Of a stretch of 50,758 bases of DNA, positions 18,919 to 27,131 are shown in pieces (position 1 is the stretch's first letter; the number at the start of each line of letters is the position of its first letter). The DNA is from a virus (lineage: Duplodnaviria; Caudoviricetes): positions 1 through 50,758 of the IMG/VR virus record IMGVR_UViG_3300044259_000063, one strand, 5' to 3'. The notes beneath the pieces were generated by a model. It ran no database searches and had not been told where the DNA came from. It worked only from the letters and a program-made list of their open reading frames with translations. A program made the translations under genes and the position numbers.

Positions 18919-19719
18919 ATGCCGATGCTCTCAACGATGGCTGCGGCTGCAGCTAGGGCGTTTGGCGCCCAGATCCAGGTGCTGCCAAAAACGACATCCG
19001 TCAACTATCTGCTTGTTGGCGGCGCCGGTGGGGGTGGCGGAGGATCCAGCGGTGGAACGAACGGGTATGGCGGGTATGGGGGAGCTGGTGGGTATGTCGC
19101 CGGATCGGTGGCCATCGCACCGAACATTTCCTATGCGGTCAATGTCGGGACTGGCGGGGCTGGAGGCTCGTCATCAAGCGGCGGCGTTGGAGGGCAAGGG
19201 ACCAATGGAGGGAATTCATCGTTTACCCCGGTTGGGACTTCCGCAGTCGGCGGTGGCGGTGGCGGTGGCGCTGCATCAAATGGCAGCAATGGCGGTTCTG
19301 GCGGTGGGGCTGGCGGCTCAGTTTTGAGCGCAACCACTGGCGGCTCGGCTACCTCCGGACAAGGCAATTCCGGCGGTAATGCGCCGGGCCAAGCAGGCGG
19401 CGGCGGTGGCGGGGCTGGTGGAGCGGGTGGCGTCAGCGGATCGGCAGGGGCTGGCTTGTCCAACTCCATCACTGGTTCGCCAGTCACGTATGCCCAGGGC
19501 GGCGGGTCTGCTACCACTGTGACTGCGAATTCCGGCAATGGTGGGCCTGGCGGGACCAATACACCCACATCGGGCGGATCTGGCGCCTCCGGGATTGTGG
19601 TGATTTCCTACCCGGCCACCTATGCGCGCGCGTCCACGGTGACCGGGACCTACACCTATGCAGTCGTTGGTGGCAACCGCGTCTACACCTTCACCGGCAA
19701 CGGAACCATCATCTTCTGA
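18919..19719 (+). CDS. Glycine-rich tail fibre-associated protein
   Basis: YLLVGGAGGGGG, GGSGASGIVVISY, VYTFTGNGTI motifs. Confidence 0.8.
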   Translation: MPMLSTMAAAAARAFGAQIQVLPKTTSVNYLLVGGAGGGGGGSSGGTNGYGGYGGAGGYVAGSVAIAPNISYAVNVGTGGAGGSSSSGGVGGQGTNGGNSSFTPVGTSAVGGGGGGGAASNGSNGGSGGGAGGSVLSATTGGSATSGQGNSGGNAPGQAGGGGGGAGGAGGVSGSAGAGLSNSITGSPVTYAQGGGSATTVTANSGNGGPGGTNTPTSGGSGASGIVVISYPATYARASTVTGTYTYAVVGGNRVYTFTGNGTIIF

Positions 19720-19721
19720 CC

Positions 19722-20297
19722 ATGAAATACGCAAAGATTCAGGGATTGAACGTCCTCAAATACCCGTACACCATGGACGATCTGCGGGCTGATAACCCGT
19801 CGACTGGTTACGGCGATTTGACGAATCCGGCGGCCGTCTTCGCAGACACGGACCCAGCCAAGAAAAACGGATGGCAGTTGGTGGTGGTGCAGCCAACGGC
19901 GCAGCCGGCCTTCAATCCGCTGCTTCAAACCGTCTCTGAGGCAGTTCCATTACTTCAGTCGGGCTCGTGGGTGCAGTCATGGGTGGTCAGTAACCTGCCG
20001 ATCTCCCAGGCCCAGGCAAACATGGAGCAGGCATGCCTCAATGCGGTGCAGGACCAACTCGACTTCGTGGCCAGATCCTGGCAGTACCTGTCAATCCTAT
20101 CCGCCACCACTTACGCCGCCAGCACGGTCCCCAAATTCAAAGCCGAAGCCCTGGCGTTGATCGCATGGCGAGATGCGGTTTGGGTCTACGCATATACGAC
20201 TCTGGCCAGCATTCAGGACGGCAGCCTTCCGATGCCGAGTTCAACGGCGGATTTCATCGCAACTTTGCCAGCTGCGCCCACGCGCCCAGTGGCTTGA
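19722..20297 (+). CDS. Putative tail fibre assembly protein
   Basis: YPYTMDDLRADNP N-terminus; AVQDQLD..AR...Y...SA.TYA.S..PKFKAEA...IAWRDAVW. Confidence 0.65.
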   Translation: MKYAKIQGLNVLKYPYTMDDLRADNPSTGYGDLTNPAAVFADTDPAKKNGWQLVVVQPTAQPAFNPLLQTVSEAVPLLQSGSWVQSWVVSNLPISQAQANMEQACLNAVQDQLDFVARSWQYLSILSATTYAASTVPKFKAEALALIAWRDAVWVYAYTTLASIQDGSLPMPSSTADFIATLPAAPTRPVA

Positions 20298-20331
20298 CCA
20301 GACCCACAACAACCTCCGATAGGACTAGAAG

Positions 20332-20637
20332 ATGCCGCCACCCGCACCTACATCCGCCAACGAAATGCGCCCGCCTCAAGAGGTCAGGTTGCGACAAGAA
20401 ACGATTGATCATTTGACCGAGAAGATGAGCGAGGCAGTAGCCTCCGGAATCGCCAAGGCTGTTGCCGACATTCAGGCCCAAGCCACCCAAAGGGTCGGCG
20501 GGTTTGTCCTTGGCGGCTTGGCCGGCCTGGCGCAGCGTATTTCTGTGTTCATCGTCCTTGGTGGTGTTGTCTATGCCTTCGGGGGCTGGGATGCTATCGG
20601 GAGCTTCTTCAAGACCTACGTGCTCGGCCACGGCTGA
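20332..20637 (+). CDS. Membrane protein, holin candidate
   Basis: C-terminal hydrophobic segments; located upstream of the endolysin. Confidence 0.5.
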   Translation: MPPPAPTSANEMRPPQEVRLRQETIDHLTEKMSEAVASGIAKAVADIQAQATQRVGGFVLGGLAGLAQRISVFIVLGGVVYAFGGWDAIGSFFKTYVLGHG

Positions 20638-20660
20638 TCCTTCCACTTCAGCAATTCAGG

Positions 20661-20685
20661 AACCGCCCATTGAGGCGGTTTTTTT
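20661..20685 (+). terminator. Intrinsic terminator, near-copy of 8652-8681
   Basis: AACCGCC-CATTGA-GGCGGTT followed by T-tract. Confidence 0.7.
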
Positions 20686-21045
20686 ATGCCCATCATCAAA
20701 CACCTGATCGACGCAGCCCAGGGCAAGCATCCTCTGTCGGCAAAGCGCTCCAGTCATTGGCCGGCCGTCCGGAAGAACCACCTTGCGCTGCACCCGTTTT
20801 GCGCAGTTTGTGGCGGCACGGAGAAGCTTGAAGCCCACCATCAAAAGCCTTTCCACGTCCACCCTGAGTTGGAGCTGGAGCCCTCCAACCTGATCACCCT
20901 TTGCGAAGCAAACCGGGGTGGCATCAATTGCCACTTGGCATTCGGGCACCTGTCCAACTTCAAGAGTTGGAATGAGTCCGTTGCTGAAGACGCTGCGGCC
21001 TGGGCGGTAAAGCTGGCGACACGTCCGATTGTCGAAAAAGCATGA
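20686..21045 (+). CDS. HNH endonuclease-like protein
   Basis: CAVCG...LEAHHQKP...NLITLCE...NCH. Confidence 0.85.
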   Translation: MPIIKHLIDAAQGKHPLSAKRSSHWPAVRKNHLALHPFCAVCGGTEKLEAHHQKPFHVHPELELEPSNLITLCEANRGGINCHLAFGHLSNFKSWNESVAEDAAAWAVKLATRPIVEKA

Positions 21046-21539
21046 CCGACGTCTACCCAAACAGAACCGCCTTCCTGGCCATGATTGGCTGGAGCGAGGG
21101 CACCAGGACCAGCCCGTCCACGAAGCGGGACGGTTACGACGTGATCGTGACGGGCGCCGATGGCAAGCCCGAGGTGTTCACGGATTTCAGCGTGCATCCC
21201 TTCGCCGGGGGGCGGGCGCCCAAGGTGATTCGCCCAGGCTTGGCCTCCACCGCCTCCGGCCGTTATCAGCTGCTGCTGAGGTACTGGCTGGCCTATTCCA
21301 AGAGTCTGGGCCTGAAGGACTTCAGCCCCGCAAGCCAAGACGCGGTGGCACTTCAACAGATCCGTGAGCGCGGCGCGCTTCCGCTGATCGACTCTGGCGA
21401 CATTGAGTTGGCCATCCAACGCTGTTCAAACATCTGGGCCAGCTTCCCAGGGGCCGGCTACGCCCAGCCCGAGCACAAGTTGGATCGGCTGATCGCTGCT
21501 TTCATGGCAGCCAGCGGCCGGCTGAAAGGCACTTCATGA
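21042..21539 (+). CDS. Endolysin, lambda R-like lytic transglycosylase
   Basis: AFLAMIGWSEGT, STASGRYQLL, DFSPASQD, WASFPGAGYAQ. Confidence 0.95.
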   Translation: MTDVYPNRTAFLAMIGWSEGTRTSPSTKRDGYDVIVTGADGKPEVFTDFSVHPFAGGRAPKVIRPGLASTASGRYQLLLRYWLAYSKSLGLKDFSPASQDAVALQQIRERGALPLIDSGDIELAIQRCSNIWASFPGAGYAQPEHKLDRLIAAFMAASGRLKGTS

Positions 21540-21712
21540 CTCCCATTCAAAAAGCCGTCTGCGTTGGCGCTCTGCTGGCCGTATGGCTCTACCTCGTTGT
21601 CACTGGTCAAGCCCCAGCAGGGGAATTCGTGACCACCCTCAAAGAAATTGCTCTCGCAATGGGCGCCGTGCATGTGGCGCTTGCTGACCCAAAAGGCCCA
21701 GGCTCCCAGTGA
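21536..21712 (+). CDS. 58-aa membrane protein (not on the ORF track); holin or lysis-accessory candidate
   Basis: ATGA coupling to endolysin; MTPIQKAVCVGALLAVWLYLVVTGQAPAGEFVTTLKEIALAMGAVHVALADPKGPGSQ. Confidence 0.7.
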   Translation: MTPIQKAVCVGALLAVWLYLVVTGQAPAGEFVTTLKEIALAMGAVHVALADPKGPGSQ

Positions 21713-21729
21713 GCCAGAAAGGAACCAAA

Positions 21730-21978
21730 ATGTCCGACCTCGCCGTTACCGCCGCCCACCTCAACACGATTGCGACCGCGATCCAGACCGTTGAAACCGC
21801 GGCAACCACCGCAGTTGCCGCCACGGGCCAGTCCCCGACCTCCACTCAAAAGCTGCAGGCCGCCGTGACGATCGCCGCGGCACTGAACCCGAACATCGCC
21901 GCATTGGTCACCCCCGTGGAATCCTTGATTTCGTCGATGGTGAGCGTGTTCAACCTGTTCGGCCTGTTCAAAAAATGA
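21730..21978 (+). CDS. Amphipathic hypothetical protein in lysis region
   Basis: AAGGA RBS; ends VSVFNLFGLFKK. Confidence 0.7.
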   Translation: MSDLAVTAAHLNTIATAIQTVETAATTAVAATGQSPTSTQKLQAAVTIAAALNPNIAALVTPVESLISSMVSVFNLFGLFKK

Positions 21979-22346
21979 GCAGGTTCCTCACGGACCTTGA
22001 CGCCAGGCTAGTCAACCCATCGGCCAATGAGGGCCGCGGGGAATGGCAGCTGGATGCGCCACTGGTCTACCTCTCCGATCTGGCCGGGACGTTGACCGTC
22101 CCCGCTGGGTTCAGGACTGACTTCGCATCGGTTCCACGGGTGCCGATCGCCTTTTTGCTGTGCGGCGACACCGCGTCTCGCGCCGCCGCCCTGCACGACT
22201 GGCTCTACACGGCGCCTCACCAGGTCAACCGATCAACTGCAGACAAGATCCTCAAAGAGGCTGCGATTGCTGATGGCGTGCCAGCCTGGCGGGCCTGGAT
22301 GCTTTGGGCTGGTGTCCGCGTTGGCGGCTCATTTCATTGGGACTGA
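21975..22346 (+). CDS. DUF1353-family protein
   Basis: VPAGFRTDFASVPR...AAALHDWLY...AD.ILKEA...WAGVRVGG. Confidence 0.9.
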   Translation: MSRFLTDLDARLVNPSANEGRGEWQLDAPLVYLSDLAGTLTVPAGFRTDFASVPRVPIAFLLCGDTASRAAALHDWLYTAPHQVNRSTADKILKEAAIADGVPAWRAWMLWAGVRVGGSFHWD

Positions 22347-22429
22347 GGGATTCTCAAACTCCTCAGATTTTGCTGTTATTGGGGTGCCAACCAATCCCCG
22401 CAGCATCAACATCAAGATAGGTCATTGCA

Positions 22430-23761
22430 ATGGCTACCACATCGTTTTCCACCGGCGGGGGCACTGGCTCTAACGGCCTGGGGGCACCAACTGCAGGCAG
22501 CTATGCGGCCGACGGATCTCAAATCTCGTTTGGCACCGGCGACCCCGCTGCGTTTTCCAGCCAGCAACAGCAGCTGCAGAACGCCTACGGCTGGACGCCA
22601 GAACAATACGCATCGTGGGCATCCAACCCCACCAACGCCTCGCAAGTCGTCTCAAACAACAACTGGGCCGCGTTGCAGGCCAGCCAGTCTCCATCTCAGA
22701 CCGTGGCCGCAAAGCCTGCCACGGCCGGCAGCGGCTTGGCTGGGGCGATTGACAGCACTTCAAGCACGGCGCAACCAATGACTGGAGCGTCGGGTGGCTT
22801 CACAGTTGGCGGCGGTGGCACTGCCAGCAACAACTCCATCATCGGAAGCGTCACGAACGGTGTTTCGGGTTACCCGGCATCCAGCGGGACCGGCACAACC
22901 ACGAACGGTGCAACAGGCATTGCTACGCCTACCGCGGGAAGCGTGACCGATTGGTCCGTGAATCCGAATCAGACCGTGGCCGGCCAGATCGCCAATCTGA
23001 CCGATCCAAACCAACCATTGATTGCTCAAGCTCGCGCTCAAGCCTTGCAAGCTATGAATGCCCGCGGATTGCCAAACTCAAGTTTGGCTCAAACAGCGGC
23101 TGATAGTGCTGCTTATCAAGTGGCACTGCCGATCGCTCAGCAGGATGCCTCCACCAACGCGACCGCCGCGCAGACCAACGCCAATGCAGCCAACACGCTC
23201 AACGTTGCGAACCTGCAGGCTGGCACCTCGGTGTACACGGCCCAAACCCAGGCGCAAACCCAGGCTCTGAACAATCAATCTGCCCAACAGATTGCCGAGG
23301 CAAACAACCAGTCGGCTCAGCAAATTGCCGCTGCAAACAACCAGTCTCAGCAGCTGATTTCCAAGATGAGCAGCGACACCCAGGTGCAGGTGCAAAAGCT
23401 GCAGAACGACTATGGAACGCTGATCAACAGCAGCAGCCAAGCGGCCAACTCCTTCAACACCGCCATGCAGACGATCGCGAACATCAACGCGTCGACCACC
23501 ATGGATGCCAACACCAAGACCCAGGCGATCGCTCAGGTCTACAACAACCTCCAGCAGCAGTTCCAGATGCAATCGTCTGTTTCCGGCCTGGGTGTCTCGA
23601 CCTCGCTCACCAATTCGCTGGCGAACTCGCCCGGGTTCGACTCCACGGGGAAATACGTCGGCTTCAATGCCGATGGCACCACCAAGGGCAGCACGGCGAC
23701 GGCCACCGGAAGCACTGGATCAACAGGGGCGGCCACCGGTACGACGGCAAACACCCAATAA
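22430..23761 (+). CDS. Low-complexity virion/ejection-type protein
   Basis: G/S/T/Q-rich; MNARGLPNSS motif typical of podoviral internal proteins. Confidence 0.7.
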   Translation: MATTSFSTGGGTGSNGLGAPTAGSYAADGSQISFGTGDPAAFSSQQQQLQNAYGWTPEQYASWASNPTNASQVVSNNNWAALQASQSPSQTVAAKPATAGSGLAGAIDSTSSTAQPMTGASGGFTVGGGGTASNNSIIGSVTNGVSGYPASSGTGTTTNGATGIATPTAGSVTDWSVNPNQTVAGQIANLTDPNQPLIAQARAQALQAMNARGLPNSSLAQTAADSAAYQVALPIAQQDASTNATAAQTNANAANTLNVANLQAGTSVYTAQTQAQTQALNNQSAQQIAEANNQSAQQIAAANNQSQQLISKMSSDTQVQVQKLQNDYGTLINSSSQAANSFNTAMQTIANINASTTMDANTKTQAIAQVYNNLQQQFQMQSSVSGLGVSTSLTNSLANSPGFDSTGKYVGFNADGTTKGSTATATGSTGSTGAATGTTANTQ

Positions 23762-23764
23762 GCC

Positions 23765-24217
23765 ATGACCATCACTTACCAGGCTGAGCTGATCCGAGAT
23801 GTCGCGCCCGACGTGGACGAGCTTCTCAAGATGCACTACGAAGAGCTGACGCTGAACAAGGATCGGGTCAAGCTAGCCCCGGACTGGATGCGGTATGTGT
23901 CCATGGAGAACGCCGGGGCGCTTCGGATCTTCACAGCTCGAGAGAACGGTGAGCTGATTGGATACAGCGCCTTCTTTGTTCAGGCGCACATCCACTACGA
24001 AGGAACGATCGTGGCTTGCAACGATGTCCTGTTCCTTCGGCCCGACAAGCGACTCGGACTGACTGGCGTGAAGCTCATCAAGTTCAGTGAGTCCGAACTG
24101 CAGCGCGCGGGGGTCAACAAGATCACCTGGCACGCCAAACACAACACCCCCCTGATTCCGCTTCTTGAACGCTTCGGATACCGAAACGAAGAGGTGGTGA
24201 TGGGCAAGCATTTCTGA
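23765..24217 (+). CDS. GNAT-fold acetyltransferase-like protein
   Basis: FTARENGELIGY, NDVLFLRPDKRLGLTGVKLI, LLERFGY. Confidence 0.8.
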   Translation: MTITYQAELIRDVAPDVDELLKMHYEELTLNKDRVKLAPDWMRYVSMENAGALRIFTARENGELIGYSAFFVQAHIHYEGTIVACNDVLFLRPDKRLGLTGVKLIKFSESELQRAGVNKITWHAKHNTPLIPLLERFGYRNEEVVMGKHF

Positions 24218-24229
24218 AGGAGTCCTGAC

Positions 24230-25018
24230 ATGGGATTTACAGCAACAGCCTCTCTTCTGGCGGGTACAGTCGAAACAGCAACCGTCCTGGGGGCAATGAC
24301 TGAAATCGGCACCGCGATGAGCGTTATCGGCGCCGTCACGGGCAGCAAAGATCTTGCCAAGTTCGGCACTGTCATGGGTCTTGCCGGCGGCATCGGTGGG
24401 GCAATCAATGGCTCGCTTTCGGCCAACCCGTTTGACCAGATCGATGCGGTTGGCTCCAGCACCGCCTCGACCGTGCCAGACCTGAGCAATGGCGTCTCTG
24501 AAGTCTCCTCGGCCATGGATGCATCCGGCGCCGGCGGTACTCTTTCGGACACCACCAACGCCTTCGGCTCAGGTGGGAATGTGGCGTCTGGTGTTGAGCA
24601 GGCATCCAAAAACGCGACCCTGAATGGCGGCATTGATACCAGCACCACGGGTGCCAATGGTGTGACGGGCAATGTGCCGTCCGCCGGCACGGTCACCGCA
24701 TCCAATCCGACAGATGCCAGGTTGGCCAGCGGAACCCAGGCGACCCCGACCAGCGGCACAACGATTTCGGCTGGGACCGGTAAGGCGGCTGACAGCGCAA
24801 GTTCCTGGTTCGACAAGATGACCCAGTTCGTGAAGAGCAATGACAAGCTTTCCGCCGCGGCGCTTCAACTTGGCGGCTCAGCCCTTGCCGGTATGAGCCA
24901 GGCATCCCAGTTCGATCGGCAATATGCCCTTGCGTCTCAAAAGCAGGGCTGGGGCAACTCTGTCGGCAAAACAGGCCCGACCTCGATCATCCAGTCCGTG
25001 AAAGGCGCAACAGCATGA
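24230..25018 (+). CDS. Putative DNA ejection / pilot protein
   Basis: Hydrophobic Gly/Ala-rich N-terminus, position after GNAT gene, AAGGAG RBS. Confidence 0.65.
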   Translation: MGFTATASLLAGTVETATVLGAMTEIGTAMSVIGAVTGSKDLAKFGTVMGLAGGIGGAINGSLSANPFDQIDAVGSSTASTVPDLSNGVSEVSSAMDASGAGGTLSDTTNAFGSGGNVASGVEQASKNATLNGGIDTSTTGANGVTGNVPSAGTVTASNPTDARLASGTQATPTSGTTISAGTGKAADSASSWFDKMTQFVKSNDKLSAAALQLGGSALAGMSQASQFDRQYALASQKQGWGNSVGKTGPTSIIQSVKGATA

Positions 25019-25557
25019 ACCCGCTGCTTCAACAGGCTGAACAAGCCATTCTGTCGAAGGTCAATCCTCAGCAGCTCGTGCCCGCGATTCAAAAGATCGT
25101 GGGCGAAGGCAAGAAGATCCTCTACTCGCCACAGACGCGCAGCATGGTCATCAACCAGCTTTCCAAGAGCAATGACATGGCCCACGTTGCAGGGGAGGGC
25201 GCAGCAAAACTGATCGCCATGATCTTGCACCAGGCGCCCGGCTCAATGCCTCCCCAGGCCATGATCCCGGCCGCGACGATGCTGCTGTGTGAGTGTCTGG
25301 ATTTGCTGGAAGGCATGGGCAAGACCCAGGTGACGCCCGAGATTCTGGCCAACAGCATGAAAGAGATGTCCTCGTCCCTGATGCAGCTGTTTGGCGTGAC
25401 GCCCGAGCGGCTGCAGGCACTGATTTCCAAGAGCCAGGCCGGCGGCGCGCAGCCTGGGCAGGCCGCCCCTGAGCCAATGCAGTCCCAAGCCGCGCCCGCA
25501 GCACCGATGGCGCCGGCCGGTGGCCTGATCGCCCAAGCCCGAGGAGGTATGGCATGA
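25015..25557 (+). CDS. Hypothetical virion-module protein
   Basis: ATGA coupling at both ends. Confidence 0.7.
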   Translation: MNPLLQQAEQAILSKVNPQQLVPAIQKIVGEGKKILYSPQTRSMVINQLSKSNDMAHVAGEGAAKLIAMILHQAPGSMPPQAMIPAATMLLCECLDLLEGMGKTQVTPEILANSMKEMSSSLMQLFGVTPERLQALISKSQAGGAQPGQAAPEPMQSQAAPAAPMAPAGGLIAQARGGMA

Positions 25558-27131
25558 GCCTGATCATGGGAGCACTGGCCGGCCTGGGTGCAGGTGCGGC
25601 CAACGTCGGCGCAGAAATGCAGAAGGCGGCCGATGTCGCCGAGCGCGACAAGCGCGTTTCCGATCTGGAGCTGAATCGTCAGGCCACGATGGAGCGGCTG
25701 AAGCTCGAGGATGAGCTCAACAAGCGATGGTCAACCATGGCCGGCGTGCTTGGAGCGCCGTCTTCCACCGGTGGCGCACCTGCCCAAGGCGCCACGCCTG
25801 CTGCATCTGCTACGCCTACCGCCCCTGCTGGCGGCGACGGTGCCACTGTCCAGCCAACAAGCAAATCCGATGCGATCAACGCCCAGATTGCTGACCTGTC
25901 GAAGCGGTTCAAGATCCCCGAGGAAATCATTCGATCGGATCTCTTCGCCAACGGCGGCAAGGGCATCGCCAAGATGCTGGATGACCGCACCCGGCCCGAA
26001 ATGATGGTGGTCAATGGCGTGGCCATGGACAAAAACAGCCTCAAACCAGGGGTTGTGCCGAGCGTCAACACCTCGGCCGATGGGAAAACGTCCTTCATTG
26101 AGGCCGGTCCTGATGGTCGACCGGTTGTCTCGGTGCCGCAGGGTGCTGAAAGCGCTTTTGGCACCTATCAGGGCATCCAAGCCGGCATCAAGTCGGCCAC
26201 CACGCCGATGAAGGTCTTCAATCCCGAGACTCAGCGAGAAGAATTCGTGCCCGAGTCCTCGGTGCTGAAGGCCGCTGGTGGTGGCCAGCCAGGTCAAGAG
26301 GCCTCCGCTGGCGGAAAATTCAAGGTCAGCCCTCAAGAACAGGCCGCGCGCGACGCCGATGCCATTCAAATCAAGCGCTCCGAGCTCAAGTTGGCCCAAT
26401 CCCAGCTTGCCGACGCGGAAGCCAGAGGCGACCAGGTGGCGGCCAACCGGGCCCGTGGCGATATTGATGCCGTGAGCCGGGAAATCAGTCGCTCCGAGCA
26501 GCAGGCGGCCCGCGGATCGGCAGAAAAGCCCGGCGCATCAGGCGCGATGGCCGCCGGCCCATCTTCCACCGAGAAAGCCACGGCCGAAGCCCTTCCGGAA
26601 CTCAACAAGGACTTCATCAACAAGTCCTATCGACCCACCATGGACGCCTTACCGGCGGCCCAAAGGGCGATCGAGAGCGTGAAATCGGCCCGAAGCGCGA
26701 TGGAAGCCATGGGCGGGACCGGTTTCGGCAGGGAGACCACGGCAAAGCTGGCTAGTGTGGCTGTCGGCCTTGGTTTTGATATGACCCGGGCGCGAATGCT
26801 CGCCCAGAACTCGGAAAAGTTCAAAAGCGAGATGTCCAGCCACCTGCTTGAGGTGCTGAAGCTGCAAAACGGGGTGCAAACCGAAGGCGACGCTCAGCGC
26901 GCCTCTGACACCTTCGCCAAATTCGGCAATACGACCGAGGCGAACCGGTTCATCCTGGACATGGCCCAAGCGGTGGCGACCCGCGATGTGATGAAGGCCC
27001 AGTTCTATTCGGACATGCTCCCGGAGGCCAAGCGGACGGGCGATTACTCCTCAATTGACCGTGAATGGGCACGCGTGGCGCCGTCAGTCTTTTCATTCCC
27101 GACTTTGAAGCGTTGGGGGGTGCAACAATGA
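25554..27131 (+). CDS. Putative DNA ejection protein
   Basis: Helical, Ala-rich; GVQTEGDAQRA motif; GGAGG RBS. Confidence 0.7.
   Translation: MSLIMGALAGLGAGAANVGAEMQKAADVAERDKRVSDLELNRQATMERLKLEDELNKRWSTMAGVLGAPSSTGGAPAQGATPAASATPTAPAGGDGATVQPTSKSDAINAQIADLSKRFKIPEEIIRSDLFANGGKGIAKMLDDRTRPEMMVVNGVAMDKNSLKPGVVPSVNTSADGKTSFIEAGPDGRPVVSVPQGAESAFGTYQGIQAGIKSATTPMKVFNPETQREEFVPESSVLKAAGGGQPGQEASAGGKFKVSPQEQAARDADAIQIKRSELKLAQSQLADAEARGDQVAANRARGDIDAVSREISRSEQQAARGSAEKPGASGAMAAGPSSTEKATAEALPELNKDFINKSYRPTMDALPAAQRAIESVKSARSAMEAMGGTGFGRETTAKLASVAVGLGFDMTRARMLAQNSEKFKSEMSSHLLEVLKLQNGVQTEGDAQRASDTFAKFGNTTEANRFILDMAQAVATRDVMKAQFYSDMLPEAKRTGDYSSIDREWARVAPSVFSFPTLKRWGVQQ

Noticed and set aside
17713-20297. 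Diversity-generating retroelement or invertible fibre switch
   Set aside because: No reverse transcriptase, invertase or TR/VR duplicate seen
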